DNA from: Candidatus Gastranaerophilales bacterium
GTDB lineage: Bacteria; Cyanobacteriota; Vampirovibrionia; Gastranaerophilales; Gastranaerophilaceae
DNA length: 53,741 nucleotides
Direction: 5' to 3'
NCBI GenBank assembly: GCA_905236055.1
Contig: CAJOOA010000095.1
Location: 1-53,741, forward strand
Shown: positions 37,948 to 48,048 of the stretch, one piece after another
Layout: each line of letters begins with the position of its first letter
Numbering within the stretch: the stretch's first letter is position 1
Made by a program: the position numbers and the translations under genes
Notes under the pieces: model-generated
What the model saw: the letters and a program-made list of their open reading frames with translations, nothing else
Told to the model about the DNA's origin: nothing
Databases searched by the model: none

Positions 37948-39196
37948 ATTTGGCGATTATTTTATTTTCTGATAACTGAAGTAATTTTGCGGTTCTAATT
38001 GTATTAAAATGACCTTCTTCCAAAAGCACATTAATATAATTTCTTGTAAGTCCTTTATACATACCTGTTTTTTTGTCCTTGTGTTTTTCAATCAGGACTT
38101 CCTGATTTGAGCCAATATTAGATTCCAGGAATGTTTTTAATTTTTCTGCGGAAATTTCCTTTATTATTCCTGCACGTTCTTCTTTAATTTTATCCGGCAA
38201 ATGTCCTTCCATTTTTTCCGCAAGAGTTCCTTTTCTTATGGAATAAGGAAAAACGTGGATTTGAGAAAGCTTTGATTTTCTAAGATTTTCAACTGTTGTT
38301 TGAAATTCTTCTTCTGCTTCCCCGACAAAACCTGCTATAATATCACTTCCCAAAAACGGTTTATCAAATCGTGAAACTATATCTTCGATTTGGTCAAGAT
38401 AATAATCTACAGTATAATGCCTGTTCATACGTTTTAAAGTTAAATTGCAGGCGGATTGAAGTGATAAATGAAAATGCGGGCAAAATTTTTCACTTGTTTG
38501 TAAAAAGTCCAACAATTCTGTTGTTATTTCATGAGGGTTTAAAGAACCCAATCTGTAGCGAGGTATTGAAGTTTCTTTTTCAATTTTTTGTAATAGCGGT
38601 AAAAGACCGCCATCATATAAACCAATATGAATACCTGTCAGTACGACTTCTTTATAGCCCCTTTCAGTATATTTATTAATTTCATTAATTATAAAATCCG
38701 GTTTTGCACTTCTTGATTTGCCTCTGCCAAAAGGAATTATGCAATAGGAACATCTGTTATTACATCCGTCTTGGATTTTTAAACTTATACGAGTTTTAGA
38801 TGTATCATCAAGAGTTGCTTCACAAAATTCGTTTTTCTCCATAAGATTTTGAACCGAATAATTTTTATTTTGTTCAAGTAATTCTGCAATACGGAATTTG
38901 TCTTCATTTCCGAATACATAATCTGCGCAGTCAAAATTTAAGGCATTTGCACCTTCAATCTGAGCAATACATCCCGTCAAAATTGTTTTTAACCCCAAAG
39001 AATGTGCGTGTCTCAAAAGATACATTGCCTCATCATCACTTTTGTGTGTAACGGAACAAGAATTCAGTATGTAAAAATCCGCATCAGCTTCTTTAAATAC
39101 TTGTTTATATCCGTCTTTAACAAGATTTTGCGCAACAATTTGTCCCTCAAATTGATTGGACTTACATCCCATTGATTTCAGATAGAATTTTTCCAT
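37946..39196 (-). CDS. mtaB: tRNA t6A37 methylthiotransferase
   Basis: MGCKSN, NSCSVT, TGC, KIQDGCNNRCSYC, LTGIHIG, HFHLSLQS, HVFPYS. Confidence 0.9.
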   Translation of the reverse strand: MEKFYLKSMGCKSNQFEGQIVAQNLVKDGYKQVFKEADADFYILNSCSVTHKSDDEAMYLLRHAHSLGLKTILTGCIAQIEGANALNFDCADYVFGNEDKFRIAELLEQNKNYSVQNLMEKNEFCEATLDDTSKTRISLKIQDGCNNRCSYCIIPFGRGKSRSAKPDFIINEINKYTERGYKEVVLTGIHIGLYDGGLLPLLQKIEKETSIPRYRLGSLNPHEITTELLDFLQTSEKFCPHFHLSLQSACNLTLKRMNRHYTVDYYLDQIEDIVSRFDKPFLGSDIIAGFVGEAEEEFQTTVENLRKSKLSQIHVFPYSIRKGTLAEKMEGHLPDKIKEERAGIIKEISAEKLKTFLESNIGSNQEVLIEKHKDKKTGMYKGLTRNYINVLLEEGHFNTIRTAKLLQLSENKIIAK

Positions 39197-39223
39197 AGGA
39201 TAATTATAATATAAACTTCCGGC

Positions 39224-40522
39224 TTATGAACGAACTACATAATGGTAATTTTTTCTTATTGCAGATAACATTTTATTTTTTATCCCGTCTTTTTTGAGTG
39301 CAGTCGCAGGTTTTTTGTACAATTTCATACAAAATAAAATGGTATCAAAATCCTCTTTTTTTATATCTTCAGGTTTAATAGTTTTTATTCCGCAAAATTC
39401 ATTTTCTTCAGTACGTTCAAATCGCTTGTCAGCGATTCCGATAATATTAAGACCTGACAAATTATAGTTTTCGAGTAAAATGTTCGCAACCATTCCGGCA
39501 CCGTATAAAAGAACTTTTTTCCCTCTTAAGTATTTTACCAATTTATTTAAATATTTTTGCTCATCAATTTTCTCAAAATATTCAATCCAATCTTTCTTTT
39601 CTCTTATTTCATAGAAAGTGTAATTCTTGAATGATAAATTAACTGTTAGGAAAGCAAGAATAAATTTAATTTTTTGTAGGAAGTTTAGTATTCTGAAGAT
39701 TCGGTTAAAATTGTAAAAATAATTATTGTGCAGAATTTTGTTTTTAACCATAAACGTTTTGAATAAATCAAATAGAGATTTGTGATAATGTCTTGTTCCG
39801 TCAATAATTTGGGCTTGCATTTTTTTGTCGGTAATAAATTCAAGCGCACTAAAATATCCGACTGCCCACGTAATTTTTCTTCTTGATTCCGGAAGCCATT
39901 CTTTATCAACTCCGCGGGTAAAAGTTGAATTGTGCTCCGGGTTTATTCCGGAAATTACAATATCTTTGCTTGGGATATAAACAACTCCTTTGTTATTCAA
40001 GGTATTTGAAATTATTGCCAAATGAGGAAACAAGGTAGAAATTCCGTCATAGATATTTTCGGCAACGGTTGGTGTTATAAGAGAGGTTTTATAAATGCAA
40101 GCGGGAACAAGAGTTGCTGTATAAAACATTTCTGCAGGAGTGTTTGGACAATTTCTTGTATAAATTATGTCATAATCGTTCTCTGCTGCGATTTCTATTT
40201 CTTCCCAAACGGAATAATCAAAGTCATCATTATCGCATAAAACCCAAACATATTTTTTTTGCGGAATTTCAATAAGTGCCTTGGCTATATTTGCACAACC
40301 CCCAATATTAACCTTGTTTATAATATGTTTTATATTCGGAAAAATTTTGCAATATTCTTCAATTAATTCTGATGTTCCGTCTGTTGAGGCATTATTTAAA
40401 ATAGTAATCTTGAAATCTTTTATGGGTGAATTTTTTGCAAAAATCTGTTCAAAAGTTTTTTGTAAGCAGTTCTTGCGATTATAGGTTATTAAAACAATAT
40501 CAAGTTTATCTTTCAGATTCAT
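39224..40522 (-). CDS. GT2 glycosyltransferase with a C-terminal Rossmann-like domain
   Basis: ITYNR, NNASTDGT, LCDNDD; C-terminal VLLYGAG..IIGIADK. Confidence 0.9.
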   Translation of the reverse strand: MNLKDKLDIVLITYNRKNCLQKTFEQIFAKNSPIKDFKITILNNASTDGTSELIEEYCKIFPNIKHIINKVNIGGCANIAKALIEIPQKKYVWVLCDNDDFDYSVWEEIEIAAENDYDIIYTRNCPNTPAEMFYTATLVPACIYKTSLITPTVAENIYDGISTLFPHLAIISNTLNNKGVVYIPSKDIVISGINPEHNSTFTRGVDKEWLPESRRKITWAVGYFSALEFITDKKMQAQIIDGTRHYHKSLFDLFKTFMVKNKILHNNYFYNFNRIFRILNFLQKIKFILAFLTVNLSFKNYTFYEIREKKDWIEYFEKIDEQKYLNKLVKYLRGKKVLLYGAGMVANILLENYNLSGLNIIGIADKRFERTEENEFCGIKTIKPEDIKKEDFDTILFCMKLYKKPATALKKDGIKNKMLSAIRKNYHYVVRS

Positions 40523-40524
40523 TT

Positions 40525-41376
40525 TTAAGAATTATCCTTTTGTTTTAAATAATTGTACAACTTTTCCAGTCCCTTTTCCATCGGGGTGAATTCAAGTTCC
40601 GGAAATTCCTCGTGCAGACGGCTGTTATCACCGGTGTATTCATTGCCCAGAATCGGATTTTTGATAGTTATTTCAGATTTATAAGCACTTATTTTATTTA
40701 CAAGATTCGCGATTTCGGAAAGCAGAATGGATTTGTCAGGAGTTACATTAATAATATTGTTTTTCGGTTGAGTGGAAATAAAATGTTTGACAATTTTGCA
40801 TAAGTCTTCAATGAAAAGATAGTCAAAACGCACATTTTGATTAATTTCAATTGGCAGATGCTTGAGATTTTGTGTTATCGCATAAGTCGGGAATCTGCTT
40901 GAAAGCTCATTATAACCGTAACAAGCAAATATATTAAGACAAACTACATCTTTACGGTCTTTAATTTGTTGAGCAATGAGCATTTTCGACTTACCATATA
41001 AATCTTCAGGCATGAAATCCCCTATTTCTGTTTCTTTTGCTTGGCAGATTGGTTTTGATTTGCCGTACATTGCACCGGAACCGAATAGAATTACCCTTAC
41101 ATCTTTGTCTTTTGAATGCAGTATATTATTCACCATTTTAAGATTATCCTCGACAGTAGTTTCTTTGTCAGGGATTCCTCTAGCACCACCTGTTGTTGCA
41201 CAATGGATAACAAAATCGACTTTGTTATTCTTAAAATATTTCTTTACGGCTTCTTCCGAAATACAATTCAGTTCAAAACTTCTTGGAGAAAGTATGTTAA
41301 AATCTTTTTCCAGATATTTTTTAATATTTCTTCCGACGAATCCGCCGGAGCCGGTAATGAGTACGTTTTTTATCAT
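40525..41376 (-). CDS. NAD-dependent epimerase/reductase (extended SDR)
   Basis: ITGSGGFVG, catalytic YGKSK. Confidence 0.9.
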   Translation of the reverse strand: MIKNVLITGSGGFVGRNIKKYLEKDFNILSPRSFELNCISEEAVKKYFKNNKVDFVIHCATTGGARGIPDKETTVEDNLKMVNNILHSKDKDVRVILFGSGAMYGKSKPICQAKETEIGDFMPEDLYGKSKMLIAQQIKDRKDVVCLNIFACYGYNELSSRFPTYAITQNLKHLPIEINQNVRFDYLFIEDLCKIVKHFISTQPKNNIINVTPDKSILLSEIANLVNKISAYKSEITIKNPILGNEYTGDNSRLHEEFPELEFTPMEKGLEKLYNYLKQKDNS

Positions 41377-41384
41377 GGGTTTCT

Positions 41385-42395
41385 CTAATACTTTGATGAT
41401 ATGTTGTGCATTTTTATTTTCAAAACTATTATTAAATTTTTTATTCTGCCATATAAATGCCTAAGTCCTGGTATATTATGAATAATATAATATAACCAAA
41501 ATGAGATTTTACGCTTTAATTTGAGCAATTTATATATTTCATAAAAATAATTGAAATTATTTATATTAAAATATTTTTTGTAAAGGTCAGAATAAAAATT
41601 TTCCCAACTGCCGTAAATGTCTCTGCAAGGAACGGAAAATTCGATGCAATTTTTGGCGATTTCTTTATCTTCAAGCATTGTTATGATATTAGAAAATCCA
41701 AGCATCCAATTCCTTACACGTCTTCTTTCCGTCATTACTTCCTTTTTAAAGCCCCTGTTGAAGGAACGATTAACCACTCTTTTATCAAAGAAAGTTCCGT
41801 TATGTACGATAGGAGTTGAAAGTACTTCTATTTGTTTATCATTATTTATAATATCTGCAATGAGTACAACATGCGGAAACATTGTATATATTGCTTCATA
41901 CATGTTAAATATAATACGTGAATCAACATTTCTTGTTTTGAAAATACAAGAAGGAACAAATGCCAATTGCATAAGTTGGCATGCTTTATCAGTTTTATGT
42001 TGATTATTTGGAAAGGCATAGTCTGAAACACAAATGATATCCTTTTGCTCATTTATATTTTTTTCAACTTCGCTCCAATTCCCAAAATTATATAAATCGT
42101 CATCGCATAAAATCCAAGCATATTCTTTATTACAAGTTGCAGCCAGTTCATAAGCCCTGCATATATTTGCGCAACCTCCTATATTAACGACATTTCTGAT
42201 ATGCTTGAGATTTGGAAAATCTTTTTGATATTCTTTAATTAAATCGTCTGTTCCGTCTGTTGAGGCATTATTTACAATAACTATATCAAAATCTTTTATT
42301 GGTGAATTATCCGCAAAAATTTGTTCAAATGTTAATCTTAATTCACGTTCTCTGTTGTTTGTTATTAAATAAATTTGGAGTTTGTCTTTTACCAT
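41385..42395 (-). CDS. GT2 glycosyltransferase
   Basis: NNASTDGT, LCDDD; paralog of 39224..40522. Confidence 0.9.
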   Translation of the reverse strand: MVKDKLQIYLITNNRERELRLTFEQIFADNSPIKDFDIVIVNNASTDGTDDLIKEYQKDFPNLKHIRNVVNIGGCANICRAYELAATCNKEYAWILCDDDLYNFGNWSEVEKNINEQKDIICVSDYAFPNNQHKTDKACQLMQLAFVPSCIFKTRNVDSRIIFNMYEAIYTMFPHVVLIADIINNDKQIEVLSTPIVHNGTFFDKRVVNRSFNRGFKKEVMTERRRVRNWMLGFSNIITMLEDKEIAKNCIEFSVPCRDIYGSWENFYSDLYKKYFNINNFNYFYEIYKLLKLKRKISFWLYYIIHNIPGLRHLYGRIKNLIIVLKIKMHNISSKY

Positions 42396-42415
42396 AAGAA
42401 ATCCCCTATTTTTCT

Positions 42416-43174
42416 CTAGCCCTCTATTATGGTTCGTATAATATTTCGTTTAACAAGAGTAATGAGTTTAATTTTCGAGCCCTTTATATAATCACAATAC
42501 AGTTCGTTTGCAACACTGATAATTTTTCTTGTAGAAATAATTACATAATCAGGATTTAATTTTGTAATTTCATCAGGCGAATACAGTTTATATCCGCATA
42601 TTTCTTCTCCTTTATGCAGTTGGCTTTGGTATTTATCTGCAATTCCTATTGCATTTAGGCCTGATAAATCATAATGTTCGTTAATTAAATTGAAAAATAA
42701 ACCGGCCCCGTAAAATAGTATTTTTTTACCATGTAGTTTTTTGCTTAGATATTTTAAACGTTCACTGAATTTGTATTTAAAAAGAAAATCAAGATTAAGG
42801 GCAATATCTCTTTCAGATTCAATAAATAAAGTTTTTATGTTCATATCATCAGTGCATATTTCTTCAAGCAGGATGTTTTTAAGAACTTGCGGATTATTTT
42901 CTTCTGTAATTAATATACAATCAAAACTTTCTTTTGAAATTTGCTTAGGAAGTATAGTTTTTATTCCGTGAATTCTTTGTTTTTTATTATTTGTGCATAC
43001 AAAAGCAGAAATTTTAAATATTTTATCAAAATTACAAATTTTATTGATATATTTAAATCCTGCAACGTTACCGCATACTAAGACTTTTTTATCTTTAAGT
43101 TCTGAAGATATTTGTTTAAAATTTTTCTGAAATTCTCTGGTTTTAATTTTATATTTAATGTAATCTTTCAGCAT
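42416..43174 (-). CDS. Protein of two tandem Rossmann-like modules
   Basis: KKVLVCG.. and KKILFYGAG..IGIADK..PDYVIIS repeats. Confidence 0.7.
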   Translation of the reverse strand: MLKDYIKYKIKTREFQKNFKQISSELKDKKVLVCGNVAGFKYINKICNFDKIFKISAFVCTNNKKQRIHGIKTILPKQISKESFDCILITEENNPQVLKNILLEEICTDDMNIKTLFIESERDIALNLDFLFKYKFSERLKYLSKKLHGKKILFYGAGLFFNLINEHYDLSGLNAIGIADKYQSQLHKGEEICGYKLYSPDEITKLNPDYVIISTRKIISVANELYCDYIKGSKIKLITLVKRNIIRTIIEG

Positions 43175-43209
43175 ATTTTCTCTAATTCCTTTATTGAATA
43201 TCTTGTGAT

Positions 43210-44997
43210 TTACAACATATTCTCTTCAAATTCTTTTCTGTCCAAAAACGGATACATATCTTCCAAACTTGCCGAAACCATACTTCCATCCGGCAAAGTT
43301 CTCGACGAAAGTTTTGGAACAAAACTGTATTCTTGAACAGTTTCCACTTCACACAAAACGGCGCCTCCGGTATTCAAAACCTTTTCTATATCTTCCTTCA
43401 TTGTTTTGGGGTTATTAATCTTAACTGATTTTAGCCCGAACGCTTTCCCTATTTCAACAAAATCCGGAACGCTTACGCCGCTTTCTGTTCCGGAGCCGGT
43501 CATGCGTCCTTCAAAAAAGTTTCTTTGAGATTGTCTTATGGAAGAATACCCATTATTTTTGATTATAAAGAGTTTTAAGGGTAAGTTATAATGTTTTACA
43601 GTCTGTAATTCCTGAAGGTTCATCATTATTGAACCATCTCCTTCAATACAAATTACATTTCTTTGGGGAGATTCTATTAGAGCACCTATTGCAGCCGGTA
43701 AACCGTAACCCATTGATGCATCACCGGAATTCGTTATATATCTTTGTCCGTTTTTTACAATTGTGTTTTGGAATATTGTTATGGTAGGTGTTGCATTTGC
43801 CATTACAACGATATCATTTTCTTTCAATTGTTTAGACAATTCGTAACTAAAATGATATGGTTCAATTTTATCTTGCTGAACGGTTTCCGGATGATTTTCA
43901 AATGAATATTTATTTCTCAAATTTTGGCAAAATTCAAGCCAATGGGTAAATTTCTTGTCTGAATTTATGTCTGTAGAAGTTTTCAGCATATTGGGAATAA
44001 GGTCTTTTAAATCTGCGCAAATTGCCATGTCGGGTTTAACAAGCGGTTTTTCAAGTTCCGCATGGTCAATATCAACAACAATTTTGTAGGCGTTTTTCCC
44101 AAAATTTTCCCAATTATAGCTAACTTGTCTGATATTATTTCTTGTTCCTAAACAAAGTATCAAATCAGCATTCTGAAGCGCAAAATTACCCGCTCTCTGT
44201 CCAATGGTCCCTATCCTACCGACATAATAAGGACTTTCGGATTCCAATAAATCGAAACCACTCAGAGTTGTTACAACAGGCAGTTTTAACATTTCAACCA
44301 ATTGTTTAAATTCATCAATTACGCCTGCGAGCCGAATTCCTTGTCCTGCAATAATTAAAGGACGCTTTGCGGATTTTAGCTTTGCTGAAATTCTATCTGC
44401 TGAATCGGTGTTTATGTTAAGTTTGTGGGTTTCTTCCGGTTTAAATTCTTTTAATCCTTTTTCATCAATAATTGATGCTTGAATATCAATCGGAATATCG
44501 AGCCAAACCGGACCTTTTCTATTTGTTATGGCTTCATATATAGCTTTATCTATGTAGTATTTTATTTCGATTGGTTCTTTTACGCACACTGCATATTTTG
44601 TAAGGGGTTTTACTACTGAAATTATATCAGCTTCTTGATCTCCAAGCTGTCTAAGTGGCAAATCGGGGAAGGAGGACATAAGAGTCCTTGTTTTTACTTG
44701 CCCTGAAATATACAAAACAGGGACAGAGTCTGTCCATTGTCCGAAAAGCCCATTGAGAGCGTTTAATCCACCAGGGCCTGTCGTTACGTTAACTACGGCA
44801 AGTTTTTGGTTGACTCTTGCGTAACCTTCAGCGGCTATCGAGCAGGCCTGTTCGTGATGGCAGGATGTGTAAGAAATTTCTCTGCCAAGACTGTCGTTAA
44901 GGTGCATCGCACCTCCTCCAGATACCATAAAAAAGTGCTCAACACCGTGTTCCTTTAATCTTTTAGCTATATAATCCGAAAGTTTAATTTTTGACAT
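43210..44997 (-). CDS. Thiamine diphosphate-dependent enzyme, acetolactate synthase/YerE-like
   Basis: GGGAMHLNDS, HHEQA, TTGPG, MGYGLPAAIG, GDGS..NNGY; located in a sugar operon. Confidence 0.9.
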   Translation of the reverse strand: MSKIKLSDYIAKRLKEHGVEHFFMVSGGGAMHLNDSLGREISYTSCHHEQACSIAAEGYARVNQKLAVVNVTTGPGGLNALNGLFGQWTDSVPVLYISGQVKTRTLMSSFPDLPLRQLGDQEADIISVVKPLTKYAVCVKEPIEIKYYIDKAIYEAITNRKGPVWLDIPIDIQASIIDEKGLKEFKPEETHKLNINTDSADRISAKLKSAKRPLIIAGQGIRLAGVIDEFKQLVEMLKLPVVTTLSGFDLLESESPYYVGRIGTIGQRAGNFALQNADLILCLGTRNNIRQVSYNWENFGKNAYKIVVDIDHAELEKPLVKPDMAICADLKDLIPNMLKTSTDINSDKKFTHWLEFCQNLRNKYSFENHPETVQQDKIEPYHFSYELSKQLKENDIVVMANATPTITIFQNTIVKNGQRYITNSGDASMGYGLPAAIGALIESPQRNVICIEGDGSIMMNLQELQTVKHYNLPLKLFIIKNNGYSSIRQSQRNFFEGRMTGSGTESGVSVPDFVEIGKAFGLKSVKINNPKTMKEDIEKVLNTGGAVLCEVETVQEYSFVPKLSSRTLPDGSMVSASLEDMYPFLDRKEFEENML

Positions 44998-45007
44998 AAT
45001 CTAATCC

Positions 45008-46066
45008 TTATGGAATTGCATACAATACTGTTTCAAAAATACAAGATGAATAATGGCGCAATTTGAATTTATACTTTGGATAAAGCTCTTTAATCCTTGC
45101 AGGGAGCTCCCAAATATCTTGCGGTTTATGGTATACACATATTGCAAGCGGAGAACCATTTGAAATCAAGCGCTGTGCACCATTTATTGCATCAAGTTCC
45201 GCACCCTCTATGTCAAGCTTTATGTATGCATAATCCTCCTGTACAATATCATCCAAAGAAACGCATTTTATTTCTGTTGTTCCGGTTTCTGAGATTACGG
45301 AACCAAAATTGTGTCTTGAATCAAATTTCAAAACTTTTGATTCATCAGAGATTCCGTATTCCAAATATTTTATGTTATTGAACTCGGATAATTTCGCTTG
45401 CGCCAATTTTATTGATTCGCTATCCGGTTCAAATAAATAAATTTTTTTGTAATCAGGAAATCTTGATATAAAATCAACAGTATTTTCTCCGTCATAAGAG
45501 CCGCCATCTACAAAAACATCGCAGTTAGGAAGAAAATCTTCAAAATATTGAACCGAATTCGTATCATAAATTTTGGCATAAACAGAGCTGTCCAGAGTTT
45601 GTCTGTAAGATATCAGTGTATCAAGAACCCTTTTTGAATGTTCATCGTCAAGCATACTTCTAAGATGGGCATATTTTTCTTTATTTTTTATGTAGTCTTC
45701 TCTTAAACCGTTATATGCGGGATTAAAACTTTGAAGCTCATTAAAAATCTCAGTTAAAGTTCCAAATGATATTGTATTTGTAAAACCGTATTCTTGTGCT
45801 TGTTTCTCCAACTCATACATATAATTTATGCTTGATATTATGATATTTGCATTTCTATTCTCAATTTTATCCAAATTAATTATTGGGATACCGCAAAAGT
45901 TTTCAAATTTAGGGTGATTATCGATAAAAGCTTTGACGTAGATTGAATTTTTGTGAAAGATTTCATAAATTTCCTTTCCCAAATTTCCTGCGCCAAAAAT
46001 ATAATTTTGACCGGTTTGAAGTTTTTCCGAAATTCTGTCAAAAGTATTTTTTTCGGTTGTTATCAT
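45008..46066 (-). CDS. FkbM-family methyltransferase with an N-terminal Rossmann-like domain
   Basis: FVDGGSYDG, FEPD, IKLDIEGAE, LAICVYH; N-terminal YIFGAG. Confidence 0.9.
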   Translation of the reverse strand: MITTEKNTFDRISEKLQTGQNYIFGAGNLGKEIYEIFHKNSIYVKAFIDNHPKFENFCGIPIINLDKIENRNANIIISSINYMYELEKQAQEYGFTNTISFGTLTEIFNELQSFNPAYNGLREDYIKNKEKYAHLRSMLDDEHSKRVLDTLISYRQTLDSSVYAKIYDTNSVQYFEDFLPNCDVFVDGGSYDGENTVDFISRFPDYKKIYLFEPDSESIKLAQAKLSEFNNIKYLEYGISDESKVLKFDSRHNFGSVISETGTTEIKCVSLDDIVQEDYAYIKLDIEGAELDAINGAQRLISNGSPLAICVYHKPQDIWELPARIKELYPKYKFKLRHYSSCIFETVLYAIP

Positions 46067-46087
46067 AGCTCTCTTTCTTATGTACCG

Positions 46088-47185
46088 TTAGCAAAGAACC
46101 GGCTCAAGCCCTCTGTTATATATAACTTTTTTTAAATTTGTATTATATGCATACGGAGAATCAATAGAGTCAATCATTATTGGCGAATCTTTCTTTATGT
46201 CGTGCAATATAACTTCACCGCGCATTAATTCTCTGCACGAAATTTGTCCTTGCTGAAGCGGAATCGCCAAATATACATCTTCGTCATTAATTATTTCACC
46301 GGCTTTAATATCTCTGTTTGCATAAACACCTCTGACTAGCGCATCAAGATATTTTGTTTCATCTTCGTCAGGCAATCTTTTATATCCACCGGGTGCTCCG
46401 CAAATCTCCTTTGCCTTATGATAAGCTTTTATCCATCTGTCGATATCTTCAGGAAAAGAACAATACGGTGATACAGGAACTCCGTTAAAATCAATGTCTA
46501 TATGGCGTTCGAAAGTTCTTGCCCCTTTAGCATAAGCTATGTACATCGGAATTTCTAAATCTTCATTGTATTCGTGCGTTGAAAAACCTATTACTAAATC
46601 AGGATAACGATTTTTAAGAAAATCAATTTGATTTAATTCCAAATCCTGCTTCTTTGTAGGATATTTTGCAACACAATGATTTATTGCAAGCGGTATATTT
46701 CTGTTTGTGAAGAAAGTTACCAAATCATCAATATCTTTTAGTGATGAACCGGCGGTTGAAACAATAACCGGCTTGCGAGTCTTAGCAATTTTTTCTATCA
46801 AAACCCAATCATTAATATCCGAAGAGGCAATTTTTATAATCTGAATTCCAAGATTTACACAAGTATCAACAGATTTTTCATCAAACGGTGTGGACATTGT
46901 CATACATCCGGCTCTTTTTATTGCATCTACCAGAATGCCGTAGCTTTCCTCACTCATTTTTGTATCCATTGTCTTTTTAATGTAACGGATATCTTTTCTC
47001 TTTTTAAATTCTTTATGTATAAAATGATCAACATCTCTGAATTGAAGCTTAATGGCCGCTTTAACATTATTGAACCTGACTATTCGTGAAAAATCGGTAA
47101 TAATCTTTATGCCACGGTTAACACTTCCCCAATGATTGTTGGCTAATTCTAATACAAATAAATCTTCAAAGATATTATTTTTCAT
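46088..47185 (-). CDS. NeuB/SpsE-family PEP-dependent synthase with C-terminal SAF domain
   Basis: ELANNHWG, IKLQ, STPFD, KIAS, HCVAKYP, GFSTHE, ERH. Confidence 0.88.
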   Translation of the reverse strand: MKNNIFEDLFVLELANNHWGSVNRGIKIITDFSRIVRFNNVKAAIKLQFRDVDHFIHKEFKKRKDIRYIKKTMDTKMSEESYGILVDAIKRAGCMTMSTPFDEKSVDTCVNLGIQIIKIASSDINDWVLIEKIAKTRKPVIVSTAGSSLKDIDDLVTFFTNRNIPLAINHCVAKYPTKKQDLELNQIDFLKNRYPDLVIGFSTHEYNEDLEIPMYIAYAKGARTFERHIDIDFNGVPVSPYCSFPEDIDRWIKAYHKAKEICGAPGGYKRLPDEDETKYLDALVRGVYANRDIKAGEIINDEDVYLAIPLQQGQISCRELMRGEVILHDIKKDSPIMIDSIDSPYAYNTNLKKVIYNRGLEPVLC

Positions 47186-47224
47186 ACGACGACTCCGTAA
47201 TTTATTAACATAATAGCATATAAT

Positions 47225-48019
47225 TTAAATTTTTATGCTTTCATTAAGAAGTTTTTCAAGAAATTGTAACCTTTCGTTATCATTATTTTTTATGATACCG
47301 TAATTTTCTCTGCGATTAATTATCCATAATCGTTCAAAATCAATCGCTCTAATTATTCCTACTTCTGCAGAAACAGTGTTTGAAAGTACTTTGGAATTGA
47401 AAATGATTTTTCTTGTTTCAAAGTTTGTTAAATAGGGGATTTTTTGAAGAAAAGATACTGATTTTGGAGAAATTCCTCCGCCTATAATCATATCTTTACC
47501 CAGTTTTTTCATTTCTGAGGACATTTTGTTTGCTATATCCGACATTTTATCGGAATCAAGATCATTTTTGGACATATTTATTGAATCTGCCATATCCGAT
47601 CTGCCTAAAACGATTCCTTTTAGAGCAGAAAATTCTTTGGCTTCTGTTATTGATTTCAAATTAATACATCCTGTATAAGTTTCAATATTAATGAAAAAAT
47701 TAATTTTATTTTGTTCTTCCTGTGAGAAGATGCTTTTTATAGAATTTACATATTTTTTCATTGCATAAGAAGTTTCTATCATTGGTGCAACAAGCGAATT
47801 GATTCCTACGGATTTTGAATCATATATATCTCTAACGGCTTCGCATCCTCCGATTTTTATTGTGAAATCCAAGTCCGTTTTTGCCGCAAACTCTTTCAAC
47901 CTCAAAGCTTCTTCAAGTAGTGTTCCTTCGGCTCCAAATTCGGCTTTAATACTTTTTGCATGATAATTTTCTTTTAAATCTTCAAGTATGTTAAAGATTT
48001 TTTTATCAAGAAGATTCAT
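47225..48019 (-). CDS. HpcH/HpaI aldolase / citrate lyase beta family protein
   Basis: KIGGCEA, VAPMIET, INIET, GRSDM. Confidence 0.78.
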   Translation of the reverse strand: MNLLDKKIFNILEDLKENYHAKSIKAEFGAEGTLLEEALRLKEFAAKTDLDFTIKIGGCEAVRDIYDSKSVGINSLVAPMIETSYAMKKYVNSIKSIFSQEEQNKINFFINIETYTGCINLKSITEAKEFSALKGIVLGRSDMADSINMSKNDLDSDKMSDIANKMSSEMKKLGKDMIIGGGISPKSVSFLQKIPYLTNFETRKIIFNSKVLSNTVSAEVGIIRAIDFERLWIINRRENYGIIKNNDNERLQFLEKLLNESIKI

Positions 48020-48048
48020 GTTCTGTTCTGTTCCTTTGTTATCCCTGC

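Noticed and set aside
43210-44997. Housekeeping ilvB
   Set aside because: No ilvN/ilvC nearby, and the context is a CDP-sugar operon.
46088-47185. Sialic acid (Neu5Ac) biosynthesis
   Set aside because: No neuA, neuC or neuD in the operon; only family-level assignment is supportable.
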